DNA of 64,000 nt from a virus: the IMG/VR virus record IMGVR_UViG_3300042691_026427, positions 64,001-128,000 of that record; one strand, 5' to 3'. Position 1 is the stretch's first letter; every line of letters begins with the position of its first letter. The notes beneath the pieces were generated by a model. The model worked only from the letters and a program-made list of their open reading frames with translations, did no database searches and was not told where the DNA came from. Positions 30,253 through 41,130 of the stretch are shown in pieces. The position numbers and the translations under genes are program-made.

Positions 30253-30694
30253 AATTAAATGCTACAGTAATTCTGTAGTCGTTACTTCTATTCTGCTGTA
30301 CTCTGTGTGCTAGGTTACCAGGAAATTGAATTAAATCTCCCACAGTGGGCATGAATATTTGATATTCTTCATACTTGCGAAACTCTATGCCACCTGAGTT
30401 CTCAGGAACCTGTACATACAGCACACCAGAATGTTGATACGGACCATGATCGTGCCAACGATATTCGTCGCCTTGTTGACCGCAATTAAACCACCATTGA
30501 TCTATTCTTAATGGTGCCACTGCTGCTACCACACGATCAAATGTCTGTTGAAACCACGGATAAGGATTATTTCGCATACGCTGGCCGTGCCAGGTACCAA
30601 ACTTTCCTCCACGACCGCGATCTAGTTCTTTAAACAACTTAATCACCTCTGAGGCTACATTAGGGTCTACATCAATACAACTCTCACTGTACAT
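30245..30694 (-). CDS. 2OG-Fe(II) oxygenase (HxH type)
   Basis: HDH..SGVLYVQVPENSGGIEF..FP..L.HRV..N...RITVAFN. Confidence 0.8.
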   Translation of the reverse strand: MYSESCIDVDPNVASEVIKLFKELDRGRGGKFGTWHGQRMRNNPYPWFQQTFDRVVAAVAPLRIDQWWFNCGQQGDEYRWHDHGPYQHSGVLYVQVPENSGGIEFRKYEEYQIFMPTVGDLIQFPGNLAHRVQQNRSNDYRITVAFNFK

Positions 30695-30697
30695 TGA

Positions 30698-31423
30698 TTA
30701 AACACCGTAGGCAGTTTGTAGTGTTGCGTAAGCAGCAAGCACGCCAAATTCATCTAACCCGTAATCATGGACTCTAACATAATAATAAGTGCCATTGCAA
30801 GGATCGGTGGCACCTACGCCATTGTTGCCGTGTCTGGAACCAATAAACAGGTTGCTAGTAGCAGTGTCGATCGGTGCTACATACCCCGAACTAACTGTAA
30901 GTTGAACACCGTTTCTATAGACGGCCATAACTCCGCCTATGTTGGTAAATGCCCAGTGTGCCCTAGTTGATAAAGTAATGTTTGGAGTGGTTAGATCAAC
31001 GCCCGCTGTACCCGAAGGTGATCCAACTTGTAGATCCATAGAACCACTAAGATAAGCCAAATAGCCCAAACTGCCATCGTAAACCTCATTGCCCCACAAT
31101 GCTGCCCAGTAACTGGTAGGAACTAAACTACAGACCATGTCAACAGTCCAATTGCCTCGGTTTAGATTAACAGGAATATCAATATATCCCGAGTTTGTTA
31201 ATATACCGTTGACTCCGCCCGAGGCGTTAACGCTCCAGCCAGATGATATAGTTGCGTCACTACCAATACCGGCAAGCCAAGTACTGCCACTTGTTGGAAC
31301 AGTACTTGATTCCCAAACAACACTAGAACCCGGTGTTCCTGATTCAGAACCACCGCCGCCACCGCCGCCACCGCCTCCACCGCCAGTGGTATTGCTGGTT
31401 AATAATATCTGTGTAATAGGCAT
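30698..31423 (-). CDS. Concanavalin A-like/LamG domain virion protein
   Basis: HWAFT..MAVYRNG..NLFIGSR..GTYYYVRVHDYGL pattern; poly-Gly linker. Confidence 0.65.
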   Translation of the reverse strand: MPITQILLTSNTTGGGGGGGGGGGGSESGTPGSSVVWESSTVPTSGSTWLAGIGSDATISSGWSVNASGGVNGILTNSGYIDIPVNLNRGNWTVDMVCSLVPTSYWAALWGNEVYDGSLGYLAYLSGSMDLQVGSPSGTAGVDLTTPNITLSTRAHWAFTNIGGVMAVYRNGVQLTVSSGYVAPIDTATSNLFIGSRHGNNGVGATDPCNGTYYYVRVHDYGLDEFGVLAAYATLQTAYGV

Positions 31424-31432
31424 TGTGTTTCC

Positions 31433-34400
31433 TTAATCTACTGAAACATTACCAGTCATAAACCAAGTTGAATTATCCACCTTGATCAATGTGGCCATAC
31501 CTGGGTTGGCAAGATCCCAATAGGTTGCAGTATCCACTCCCGGAACTATGATGTTGATAGTTCCGAAACCATCACCGTCAATTGACACTGTGCCGCCACT
31601 GTTGTTGATGATTACCACTGTGAATCCAATTGGTAATGGAACATCTTCATGGTATGGTACAGCAATTCTAGTTTCGTTATCGGTAATGTAGATATGCTTA
31701 CCCATATCTTCTAGACTGAGTCTATGATCCGCACCATTGAAAATTGCTCGTTGTGGAATCTGCTGTGCTGAGCTAGTCTGACGAGTACCATCTGCAAATT
31801 CAATAGCACCACCATCACGATCACGGATCTCTGACAAGGTATGATAATGATTATCGCCATTGCTAGGATCCCACCAGTTTGATTCAAAGTCCGGATTCCA
31901 AGTTTCAAATTCACCTGTGCCAATGTTAGGTGTAAATGCTGTAGCTCTTGTTGAGTTAATCTTGTCCACATCATAGGCATCCATCATTACAGTCCAAGCA
32001 CCGTAGATGCCATCACAGTCTCCACTCTTAGGCAGTTTGACCAAGAAACCATTATCGTACTCGTTGTCAAAGGCTGTAGTGATTCCTGAAACATAAAGGT
32101 GCGTTGCATCTAGATGCAGATTGCGACCTTCACGTAAGTAATCATTCAATGACTGTCCGTTGCTACCAATATGTGTGGCTAAAATCTTACGCCATACAAC
32201 TTCACCGTAGGTGTTCAATCTAACAAGTCTAATACATTGGTTATATTGGCTTTCACTGAAGCTTTCTATTGCAGCGTAGATGTCACCGTTGGTGTCAACA
32301 GCTACTGAACTGTCACTATCATTAGCAACTACATCTCTCTGCCACTTGACCGCACCAGTAGCGTCTAGTTTAGTGATCACAGTTCGATTATTATCATTAT
32401 TATAATGTGACACTGCTATAGTGTTGCCAAGAACTGCTACAGATTTGGCATAATGGTCATCAAGACTGGTATTTAGAGCCTTGGTCCATTGATGAACACC
32501 AGTACTGTTAAATTTACTTACAACTGCACACCAATAGCTGTTTAGATCCGCACCTGCCGCATTGTTGACAGCAATCATTTCACCTACAGCATAAACGTTG
32601 TTGCTGGCATCTACTGCCACGGATCTGTAGCGTTCATTGTCAGTGCTGCCACCAGCACTGAGTACCTTGGTCCATACAGGAGCAAATGGTACACCCGACG
32701 CTGTGCCTACATATACAAATGCTTCACCGTTTATACTTTTTTGTACAGTCCAAGTTCCTGTGCTGCTGTAGTCCGGTGTTTGATTAGTGGTCTGTACTCT
32801 CCAGTGAGTAGTTGGAGCAGATCCTCCAACTGAATCAGTGCCGTTAACACCTCCAGGGCCAGCACCGCTGTTGTCAATTACAATCATTGTGACATCGTTA
32901 CCGGCAAAGAAGTTTATAACACCACCACCATCACTACCACTAATCATGGTAAAAGCAACACCCCAGTTGGTTCCATCGGCATCTCGAACAACAGTAACTC
33001 TTCCGATAGCACCAGTTGCTTCAAATTTAGCAATAGCACCTCCGGATACTGCGTTTAGCGTATCATTCAATGTTGGGTATGTAGATTTTGAGAAAAATGC
33101 CTCACCGCTGTAAGCCACAGTAGTTGCAGATAATATTTGGCTACTGGTTGTACCACCTAGGAACTGTGTGCCTGGGACAGTTAGTACATCGCCTATAACA
33201 TAGTTTGTACCCGTAGTATCAAACGCATAAACAGAATTAACTATTCCGGTTGGCTCAAATTGCAATGTCATTGTACAACCACTACCTACGTTGTGGTTGA
33301 TGCCAGTTCGTCCAGTATACGAAGCAGGCGATACACCGGCTGCTGTTCCCGCAACAGCGGTGTCAAAACTGTCAATAACGCCACCAGGGTCAATTGCTGA
33401 AACTGTAAGGACAGCATCGTTGACACCATCTGCACCGCCCAGTAATGATCCTAGCACCTTAAGTTTATGCCCTACTAGATAGTTGGTACTGCCAACGCCA
33501 TTAAAGGCAACAAGTGAATATGTTCCGTCGCCAACATCGTCGATATCAAAAGTTACAGTTCCACTACCTTGACGAACTGTAGTAGTCAATCCAGGATAAC
33601 GATTCACTGAATCAATATTCACACGGGTACCAGTAATGTTAGCGCCAGCCACATACCAACTGTCAGTAATAGTCTCACCTGGGACATTTGATCTAAGGAA
33701 TGACAATACACCAACGCCACTGCCTGTAGTGACAGGTGTCACTTGATAGGATTGATATTCGTCATACTTGCTGCCAACTACTACAATCTTGCCATCACTG
33801 AGAAAGTCAAAGTCATAGCCGTATGTGCCTGAATTGTTATTCAAGTCACGGACACCTGCGGAATTGACCACACGAGCAGTATCTGGATCAATCTCAACTA
33901 GTAAAATATCACTATCATCGTAGATTGCCAATACCACAAGATTTCCCGTGGTAGGATTAATTTTCATAGCATATATGCCTGAAACATAACCTTCGTCATC
34001 GTCAAAGAGTCTAATACTCCACAAGACTTCACCCTGGCTGTTGTAGCGAGCTACAAATCCTCGCTGGTCGTCCTCCTCCTCGCCGCCTATATAGACATCA
34101 CCTGTAGTGAAATCTACACAATTAGTACGGACGTCAATGTCATAAGTGTTGATATTGTTAGGTGGTCCAAATACAGAGAACCAACCCAATTGTGTTTGTG
34201 TTAATTGGATGTCGCCATCGTTAGGTATAGTCAATGTGCCATCATTGCCAAATACATATTCATAAGGTGCTGACTTGATCACTAACTGTGCCAGTTCAGG
34301 ATCAGCGTAGGTAATTGTAGGAGTAGTAACTACAACATCTGCTGTAATATCTGCAACTGTTACAGTGACTGGACCACCTTCGACTACTTCCACATCATCT

Positions 34401-36256
34401 AGGGTTACAAACTTGCCCGGAATACGGCTTTCTTTAACTGTGAATTTTTCATTGCCCGAACCCACAGTCATTTCACGACCGTCTTGATCAATTTGGAAGG
34501 TTATGCTTTCCCAGTATTGTGTATCGTCATAACTAGTATCTGGATCAAGATTTTTTACTGTGACTTGGACTGCTAACTTGCCGGAGTTGTTGACTGCTAA
34601 ACTACGTCCCATGCTAGCGCCATAATCAAACACTCCCGGAGCACCTTCAAAGTTGGCAGTAGTTCTGTTCTGAACAAACTGGTATCTGTCTGCTTCAATA
34701 TAGCGTTGCCAAAGCACAGCACCTGAAGTAGAATATTTGGCAATGGCTAGGACATCTTTAGCAGGAGGATCTGAAAAATTGTAGTTATCGTTATCTCTGT
34801 TAGGATCTTTCTGTGCTGTGGTTAGAGCACTGAGATAGACATTGCCTAGACTATCGCAGTCGATACCTGTACCAACTGACGCACAAGGTCCTGGGCCCGC
34901 TCTGCGTATCCACTGTGTTACACCTGAGGTGTTGAGTTTTACAATGTAGACCACAGTTTTAGTATAAGTGTCGGATTGATCGTGTACAATATTGATACGA
35001 CCGTTGATACTGACAAACACATTACCCTGACTGTCCGCAGTGATGTCAGCACCACTAGATTCACCTTCTAGGTTGCTTAGTACTCTAGTCCAAACTTCTG
35101 TGCCAGTTGTTCCATCAAATTTAGTAACATAGGCAAAAGTTGGTCCAGGAGGAACAGACCAACCTCCAGTAACAACAAGATCACCGTTAGAGTCTATTTC
35201 CATCCCTTGTGGCCTAACAACAAACCCTGGTTCTTCAAGATAAAAAGATTTAGCCCATGTTAGCGATCCGTCAGAGTTGGAAATTTTTAGTAGAGCACCG
35301 ATAGGGTCGTCATTGACGTTTTCTAGGTACCTTGCGGCAATAAAAGTATGTGTACCGTTGGTAACTGCTCCTGCTAGTTCTAAATCACTGTTTACGCCCT
35401 GGCGAGTTAACCGATAAGCATACGGATCGTTGTTTATTATTTCTACAGGGGAGTTGGCTGCTATATATAGGGGAGTGGTATCAGTACCACTATTGTATGC
35501 TCCTATGCCTAATACTGCGGCAATTGTGGCATAGGTTGTGCCGGTGTTAGAGCTTTCCTGTAGGCTCCACCCGGTGTTGTCACTGAAATAAGCATAGTCC
35601 CCTGAAATAGTTACTACATCAACTGTGTTGCCCCCAAATGTTCCTGAGGTAACACCGCCGGCGCCTAAATTGAATCCTTCAGTAATTGGTACTAGCACCG
35701 AAGGACGATAGTCCTTCTTCCACAGTTCTGCACCCGATGATGTATATTTGATCGCCTGTAGTCTATCAACACTGGCGTCGCGGCTGAACAATACAATGAT
35801 GTTGTCATCTGCGTCTATAACGACATCGTGTGACTGATCGATGTCCATATCTTCCTGTATCTCTTTTTGCCAGAGCAGAGTGGCTGAAGAATTAAACTTT
35901 GAGATTATTAATCGGTCTACATTGAATGGTCCAGTATCAACTTCGCTAATGTGTAAGGTGATTAAATTGTCCTCACTGTCGTAGGCCACTGCTGATGATT
36001 CAACACCGTCATCTTCGTTGTTAGAACGATTTACAATGGCAAAGTAATCTGTGTTGCCCACTGTGACAGTAACTGCTTGATCGTCTGTAAGTGTGTCGCC
36101 GCCAGCGTGTTGTAATCCAGACCAAGCAGTTACACCGTCACCGTATTTGACCTTGCCGGTGTCGGTTTCTAAACCCGGTTCACCTGCGGCCAAGATTGGA
36201 TTAGTGTTTAGCCAATTAGCGGCTGTATCTCTGCGTAGTTTGATTCTTGTTGTCAT
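31433..36256 (-). CDS. Tail fibre/receptor-binding protein with Mtd-N-like N-terminus and beta-propeller repeats
   Basis: RIKLRRDTAANW...NPILAAGEPGLETDTGKVKYGDG N-terminus; repeated D..GNVY and K....G...W.R blades. Confidence 0.75.
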   Translation of the reverse strand: MTTRIKLRRDTAANWLNTNPILAAGEPGLETDTGKVKYGDGVTAWSGLQHAGGDTLTDDQAVTVTVGNTDYFAIVNRSNNEDDGVESSAVAYDSEDNLITLHISEVDTGPFNVDRLIISKFNSSATLLWQKEIQEDMDIDQSHDVVIDADDNIIVLFSRDASVDRLQAIKYTSSGAELWKKDYRPSVLVPITEGFNLGAGGVTSGTFGGNTVDVVTISGDYAYFSDNTGWSLQESSNTGTTYATIAAVLGIGAYNSGTDTTPLYIAANSPVEIINNDPYAYRLTRQGVNSDLELAGAVTNGTHTFIAARYLENVNDDPIGALLKISNSDGSLTWAKSFYLEEPGFVVRPQGMEIDSNGDLVVTGGWSVPPGPTFAYVTKFDGTTGTEVWTRVLSNLEGESSGADITADSQGNVFVSINGRINIVHDQSDTYTKTVVYIVKLNTSGVTQWIRRAGPGPCASVGTGIDCDSLGNVYLSALTTAQKDPNRDNDNYNFSDPPAKDVLAIAKYSTSGAVLWQRYIEADRYQFVQNRTTANFEGAPGVFDYGASMGRSLAVNNSGKLAVQVTVKNLDPDTSYDDTQYWESITFQIDQDGREMTVGSGNEKFTVKESRIPGKFVTLDDVEVVEGGPVTVTVADITADVVVTTPTITYADPELAQLVIKSAPYEYVFGNDGTLTIPNDGDIQLTQTQLGWFSVFGPPNNINTYDIDVRTNCVDFTTGDVYIGGEEEDDQRGFVARYNSQGEVLWSIRLFDDDEGYVSGIYAMKINPTTGNLVVLAIYDDSDILLVEIDPDTARVVNSAGVRDLNNNSGTYGYDFDFLSDGKIVVVGSKYDEYQSYQVTPVTTGSGVGVLSFLRSNVPGETITDSWYVAGANITGTRVNIDSVNRYPGLTTTVRQGSGTVTFDIDDVGDGTYSLVAFNGVGSTNYLVGHKLKVLGSLLGGADGVNDAVLTVSAIDPGGVIDSFDTAVAGTAAGVSPASYTGRTGINHNVGSGCTMTLQFEPTGIVNSVYAFDTTGTNYVIGDVLTVPGTQFLGGTTSSQILSATTVAYSGEAFFSKSTYPTLNDTLNAVSGGAIAKFEATGAIGRVTVVRDADGTNWGVAFTMISGSDGGGVINFFAGNDVTMIVIDNSGAGPGGVNGTDSVGGSAPTTHWRVQTTNQTPDYSSTGTWTVQKSINGEAFVYVGTASGVPFAPVWTKVLSAGGSTDNERYRSVAVDASNNVYAVGEMIAVNNAAGADLNSYWCAVVSKFNSTGVHQWTKALNTSLDDHYAKSVAVLGNTIAVSHYNNDNNRTVITKLDATGAVKWQRDVVANDSDSSVAVDTNGDIYAAIESFSESQYNQCIRLVRLNTYGEVVWRKILATHIGSNGQSLNDYLREGRNLHLDATHLYVSGITTAFDNEYDNGFLVKLPKSGDCDGIYGAWTVMMDAYDVDKINSTRATAFTPNIGTGEFETWNPDFESNWWDPSNGDNHYHTLSEIRDRDGGAIEFADGTRQTSSAQQIPQRAIFNGADHRLSLEDMGKHIYITDNETRIAVPYHEDVPLPIGFTVVIINNSGGTVSIDGDGFGTINIIVPGVDTATYWDLANPGMATLIKVDNSTWFMTGNVSVD

Positions 36257-36261
36257 TTTGT

Positions 36262-36471
36262 TTATGCTCCGCCACCGTCTATGGTGTTATCTGTTAGTTC
36301 GTTGTATACCGTATCAGAGTACCCGCCATCTGCTACTGAATATGCTTGCCCGTTTATTACAGGCCATGCTGTGCTCCATCTATTCCCAAGCCAGACATAA
36401 ACTGCTGCGTTGTCAGGAATGTATTCCTGCCCCATTGTGGGTGTTGTGGGAAATGTGATCGGTGCTGTCAT
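36262..36471 (-). CDS. Small virion protein
   Basis: FPTTPTMGQEY....YVW.G.RW motif shared with the 6290..7282 N-terminus; ends IDGGGA. Confidence 0.65.
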   Translation of the reverse strand: MTAPITFPTTPTMGQEYIPDNAAVYVWLGNRWSTAWPVINGQAYSVADGGYSDTVYNELTDNTIDGGGA

Positions 36472-36497
36472 AATATATATTTACTTGTTTTTATTGT

Positions 36498-36587
36498 TTA
36501 GCGTACCCAGTACCAACTAACACCTAGGTTGTTGCTCAATTCATTCCAAGGTGCAGTTGTAAATCCTGAATTTAATATTAGTCTCAT
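36498..36587 (-). CDS. Possible 29-aa microprotein (not in the ORF track)
   Basis: MRLILNSGFTTAPWNELSNNLGVSWYWVR; its ATG overlaps the TGA stop of the upstream gene (ATGA). Confidence 0.3.
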   Translation of the reverse strand: MRLILNSGFTTAPWNELSNNLGVSWYWVR

Positions 36588-39500
36588 AGTGCAGCAATTC
36601 TAGTCTTGAAGTTTGCAAAATCAGTACTAGCAGCTACTAAAGTTTTTAGCTGTGCAATACTTATAGATGCTCCAGTTTGCTGTGTACCATTTGGAAATAC
36701 TACAGTACCTGTAGTGCCAACAGACACAGTCCATGTACCGTTGGCAATTGTAGCAGATTTGTCTTTGACTGGTAGGTACAAGGACCATGCATATCTATTA
36801 GTCGATGTTGTTTCTGCAACATCAATACCCACCATCTGATATCCACCGCTTCTAATATATTCTCTAGTATTGCCTACAATTGTGAACTCTTGATCAAAAC
36901 CAGGAGCACCTGTTGCTCTAATTTTATTTCCCGGTTTTAGATCATAGATAGCTGTTAATAATTCTTTTCCAGGAGTATCAAATGTAAATGTAGAAGTGTT
37001 CCATGCAATAGCAACAGCATCTCTAGGACCATAACCTTCTCCGCCAAAATATTCTAATTTAGAAACTGCGTCATTACCGTTGACTAACATCTGACCTTCA
37101 GAAGATATAGATATTGTGCTGGTTCCTAAATAAATGGTACTAGAACTTACATAGATATCCCTAAATCGGTTAGTAGGGCTTCCTAAATCGTATGCAACAT
37201 CAGTGTCTGGAATAATGTTGCCCGGAACAGTTAAATTACCGGCCGCACCAAATTCCCAAATATTATCTGTTACTGGTCCATTAACTGCTCCTGTTGCTAT
37301 TTGTACAGTGCCGCTACTTGCTGAGAAAGGACTATTAACAATCACCGCTGCTGCGTTGGTAGTCGATGTAGTAGTGTCACCTATCCATTGTAAGGCAGCA
37401 TATCCGCCCGTGCCTTGGGTAAGAACACCCACTGCGGTGCCGGTACTGCCCGCAATAACATCATTACCAGCACCATAAACATCACCAATACGAGTATTGC
37501 CGCCAGGTAATGTCAGTACACCATCTGCACCTAAAACTACGCTGTAACTACCTGCAGTAATTCTATCTTTATTATCTTCAAGAGTAACTGTTCTACCAGC
37601 AAGTTCATCTAAGCCCGCTGTTATTGTTCCAACTGTGGGACTACCTAGCCAGTCTGCCGGAGTAGTCGGTGTGTAAATACTTCCGCCAGTGCCAGTGACT
37701 TCGCTGCCGTTAACTAACAACACACCAGCAGTGTTAATTGCCAGTGTGCTGCCATTCATATTAATGGTTGAACCGTCAATAGTGATCTCATCTAGGTATG
37801 TACCAGGTGCTGGAACTACTACAGGATTTGTGTCTACCCAAGTTCCGTTGTAGGAAACATAAGTTCTGCCGTCTAAATTATTATACCATAATTTACCTTC
37901 TTGACTAGCACTAGGAGCAGTGTCATCAACCGTTACAGGATTTGATGCACCACCCAATACACTTTGTCCACTGCTGTTGACAATGTCGCCGCCTGATGGC
38001 AGTCTCAGTACTCCACGGTCATCAAACTCAAATACGTATTCGTCATTATCCGTATTGGTGCGAATCTCAATGCCGCCTTGGCCGATCAGTTGTATGCGAC
38101 TTGTAGAAGTTCCTTTGTTATAAATCTCTAGTGGCTGGCCACTTGTTTGATTTGGTACACTTGGGATAGTAATATATGCGTTGCTTTCGCCGCCTGGATC
38201 AAGGTACATATTATAGTAACCCCAACCAGTACCGCTTTGAGCCTTTGTTCCCAATGTGTTGTCTGATATCTTAAAATCACCTAGATCTGCGGTACCACCG
38301 CCTATTTCATACTCAACGTCAGCAGCTTCTGTGCTAACTGTGAATGGTATAACTATCCAATCATTGGCTTGAAAGTTGTTGATAGGATTTAGATTACTAC
38401 CAACATAGGCTCTCATCTGATCTCGCATCTTGGCTGCTACTGTTTGAGTTAATCCAGCGCCGCCATTGACTACAATGATCCTATCAATTTCACCGTCATC
38501 CATTTCATCTACTTCATACTGCGGAGGTTGATAGCCTTGCGGAGCAGTCAATACATTGCGTAGTATATCATAGTAGGCTGCGTCAATGACTATTGGCGTG
38601 CCAGGAAATGAGTAAGTTTGATCACCGTTTTCTTCTACTTCATCTATAGTGTAGTTAACACCTCGAGTAATACCTGGCAACACCAATTTGCCTGTAACAG
38701 ATTCACTGATTACAGAATTACCAATAGTAATACTTCCAGGACCTACGTAGATATGTCTAACTCTGTTTGTAGGACTACCAAGATCTTGTAGGTTGTCTGT
38801 GCTAGGAACAAAGTTGTTACTAGCATCAACTGCCCAACTTGCTGATCTCGAACCAGTGATAGGAGTACCGTTAATTGCGATACCGCCATCAATAACACTC
38901 AATGATGTGCCACCTATATAGATAGTGCTTGTACCAACATACAGACTACGCCATTGGCTTGATGTAGAACCTAAATCGTATGTTAGATCAGCTGCTGGTA
39001 GAATATGATTTCCTACATTTAATAAATCAGCACTAGTGCCACCTGATGGAGTTACCCACTCAACTGTATCTACATAAGTAGAAGTAGATGTTACTGCTAA
39101 AATCTGCCCAAATCGACCACGTGATAACGGTAATTTATATCCTTCAAAAGAACTGTCACTATTACCTGGATTTCCGCTTCCTTCTGTATCACTTAGACCA
39201 ATATAAACGCCCTGCTGAGATATACTGAGTAGACCTGAAAATTCTATATCTAAAGTTCTTGTATAGTCAGTAAGCGTATTTGAAATTAATGAAACAATAT
39301 CGCCTTTTAAGTTCAGTGGAGAAAAGGTATTAGTGTCTTTTCGTGAAGTTATAGTCTGAGGTATAACTACATCTTCATCATAGAACGTTCTTAGCCAACT
39401 GTTTCTAGTAACTTCTAGATAATGATCACCGGACGTTAACAAAGTAGTGCTGGTAGATAAACTGGTAACAGTGGAAATTTGTCCTTGTAATCTTAAAGGT

Positions 39501-40420
39501 AAAGAAAGATTTCCCAGTATTAAGACTCCAGTTTGTGTGAGTCTCAATTGCGTATCTCCGGATACTAAAGAAACGCCTGCTGTACCAGTGTTTACCAATG
39601 ACGCTGCTTCAAAATTATTAGCGTTTATCCCAGGTAATTGTAACCATGCAGACGAATTCTGTATCCCGTTATTATTTGTAATGCTAAAAGAAATTTGATC
39701 AGATCTACTAATACTAGCAGCATTGAAAGTAAACCCTCCCAATGGGTCATTGCCGTCTACTAACAATTTTCCAGATAGGGGTTCTATACTGATTCCGATA
39801 CCCTTAATGTATACAGCATCAGACAGATATAATGTGCTCCATCTAAATGATTCTTCTCCTAGGTTAAAGATATCAGCTTGAGCTGGAATTATACTGGTAT
39901 CATTGACTTCTTGGAAAATTCTTGTATTGGTATAATTTCTTATAAGAGTGTCATTCGCTGCTAATTCAGTTTCAGTAACATATTGCGTTAAAAAGTTAGG
40001 AAGATTGATAGATGTAAGATACTGTTGATCATCTAGATAAGTTAATGTTGGGTATTCTGTTAATTTTAAATCTACATAATTTGTAGATGCAAAATTGTAT
40101 GTCGATAAATCGGAAACAAATACAAAGGTAGTGTTTACATAATCTATCTTTGCATAATTTGACAAAGCAACAGTACTACTGGTAATAAATCCATCCGGAT
40201 TTGTACTAGGATAAGGTGTGTAACCTAATAAAGTTAATAGATCTGTATTAGTAAATTCAACAATACCAACCCTGCCATTCCAGCTAGTAACTCCTGCGGC
40301 GACAAAATTACTGACCAAACTGTCAAAATTTGAATTTATTTTACTAAAAGCCGTTCTTAAACTGTCGCCGTCTCCCGAGTTTGCTCCAGAACCTGTGTTT
40401 ATATAATTGATAATAGCCAT
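36584..40420 (-). CDS. Baseplate-attached tail/fibre protein
   Basis: N-terminal INTGSGANSGDGDSLRTAFSKINSNF resembles the T4 baseplate wedge gp9/gp10 N-terminal motif; four IP...Y.LGS...W..LY modules. Confidence 0.7.
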   Translation of the reverse strand: MAIINYINTGSGANSGDGDSLRTAFSKINSNFDSLVSNFVAAGVTSWNGRVGIVEFTNTDLLTLLGYTPYPSTNPDGFITSSTVALSNYAKIDYVNTTFVFVSDLSTYNFASTNYVDLKLTEYPTLTYLDDQQYLTSINLPNFLTQYVTETELAANDTLIRNYTNTRIFQEVNDTSIIPAQADIFNLGEESFRWSTLYLSDAVYIKGIGISIEPLSGKLLVDGNDPLGGFTFNAASISRSDQISFSITNNNGIQNSSAWLQLPGINANNFEAASLVNTGTAGVSLVSGDTQLRLTQTGVLILGNLSLPLRLQGQISTVTSLSTSTTLLTSGDHYLEVTRNSWLRTFYDEDVVIPQTITSRKDTNTFSPLNLKGDIVSLISNTLTDYTRTLDIEFSGLLSISQQGVYIGLSDTEGSGNPGNSDSSFEGYKLPLSRGRFGQILAVTSTSTYVDTVEWVTPSGGTSADLLNVGNHILPAADLTYDLGSTSSQWRSLYVGTSTIYIGGTSLSVIDGGIAINGTPITGSRSASWAVDASNNFVPSTDNLQDLGSPTNRVRHIYVGPGSITIGNSVISESVTGKLVLPGITRGVNYTIDEVEENGDQTYSFPGTPIVIDAAYYDILRNVLTAPQGYQPPQYEVDEMDDGEIDRIIVVNGGAGLTQTVAAKMRDQMRAYVGSNLNPINNFQANDWIVIPFTVSTEAADVEYEIGGGTADLGDFKISDNTLGTKAQSGTGWGYYNMYLDPGGESNAYITIPSVPNQTSGQPLEIYNKGTSTSRIQLIGQGGIEIRTNTDNDEYVFEFDDRGVLRLPSGGDIVNSSGQSVLGGASNPVTVDDTAPSASQEGKLWYNNLDGRTYVSYNGTWVDTNPVVVPAPGTYLDEITIDGSTINMNGSTLAINTAGVLLVNGSEVTGTGGSIYTPTTPADWLGSPTVGTITAGLDELAGRTVTLEDNKDRITAGSYSVVLGADGVLTLPGGNTRIGDVYGAGNDVIAGSTGTAVGVLTQGTGGYAALQWIGDTTTSTTNAAAVIVNSPFSASSGTVQIATGAVNGPVTDNIWEFGAAGNLTVPGNIIPDTDVAYDLGSPTNRFRDIYVSSSTIYLGTSTISISSEGQMLVNGNDAVSKLEYFGGEGYGPRDAVAIAWNTSTFTFDTPGKELLTAIYDLKPGNKIRATGAPGFDQEFTIVGNTREYIRSGGYQMVGIDVAETTSTNRYAWSLYLPVKDKSATIANGTWTVSVGTTGTVVFPNGTQQTGASISIAQLKTLVAASTDFANFKTRIAAL

Positions 40421-40461
40421 TTGTTTGTCCAGTTATAAGGTATTTATTCAAAATGTCCAGG

Positions 40462-40490
40462 TTGCTCTTTGTGCAAATTCATGCTACAAT
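40462..40490 (+). promoter_or_regulatory. Sigma70-like promoter of the HNH gene
   Basis: TTGCTC-17 nt-TACAAT with an extended -10 TG; TAAATA also present at 40511-40516. Confidence 0.5.
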
Positions 40491-40523
40491 ATACGAATCT
40501 AAACCAGAAATAAATAGTTCATC

Positions 40524-41045
40524 ATGGGATCAACATTAGTACTTAACACCGACGGATCACCAGTTTCCATGCTGCCTTTGAGCGTAATTCCTTGGGAAGA
40601 AGCCATTCGTTACATGGTTTTGGACAAGGCTATCGTTCTAGAATGGCACGATGACTGGATTGTCCACTCTGCACATTGGGAAACTCAAGTCCCTGCTGTA
40701 ATCATGCTGAAAGAATACATGAAAAAGAAAGCAGGCGTGCGTTTCAGCAAAAATAACGTATTTTTACGTGACGGGTATCGCTGTGCCTACTGCGAAACAG
40801 ATGTTAGCAAGAAAGAAGCTACGTTGGATCACGTGCTGCCAACCAGCCACGGTGGTAAAACTACCTTTGAAAACACTGTAACTGCCTGCGGTCCATGTAA
40901 TGCTAACAAAGGCAATAACAAGAAGATTGTGCCAAAATTCAAGCCAACAAAGCCCACATACTTTCAGTTGGTGGAAAAGCGCAAGAAAATGCCGTTTGAT
41001 TTACAGCACCACAGTTGGGAACAATACTTAGGTGTTAATCGTTAA
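40524..41045 (+). CDS. HNH endonuclease (McrA-like)
   Basis: RDGYRCAYC...TLDHVLP.SHGG...ENTVTACGPCNANK. Confidence 0.9.
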   Translation: MGSTLVLNTDGSPVSMLPLSVIPWEEAIRYMVLDKAIVLEWHDDWIVHSAHWETQVPAVIMLKEYMKKKAGVRFSKNNVFLRDGYRCAYCETDVSKKEATLDHVLPTSHGGKTTFENTVTACGPCNANKGNNKKIVPKFKPTKPTYFQLVEKRKKMPFDLQHHSWEQYLGVNR

Positions 41046-41068
41046 AAAGCCCCGCAAGGGGCTTTTTT
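41044..41068. terminator. Bidirectional intrinsic terminator between the convergent HNH and infA genes
   Basis: AAAAAGCCCC-GCAA-GGGGCTTTTTT. Confidence 0.9.
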
Positions 41069-41130
41069 ATTGGCTGTATTTTAATAGATATCCATAAGGA
41101 TAAACGCATCCTCAATGGAATTTGGCACTT

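Noticed and set aside
31433-36256. Diversity-generating retroelement suggested by the Mtd-like N-terminus
   Set aside because: No reverse transcriptase or template/variable repeat pair is visible, and this N-terminal domain is common in ordinary fibres.
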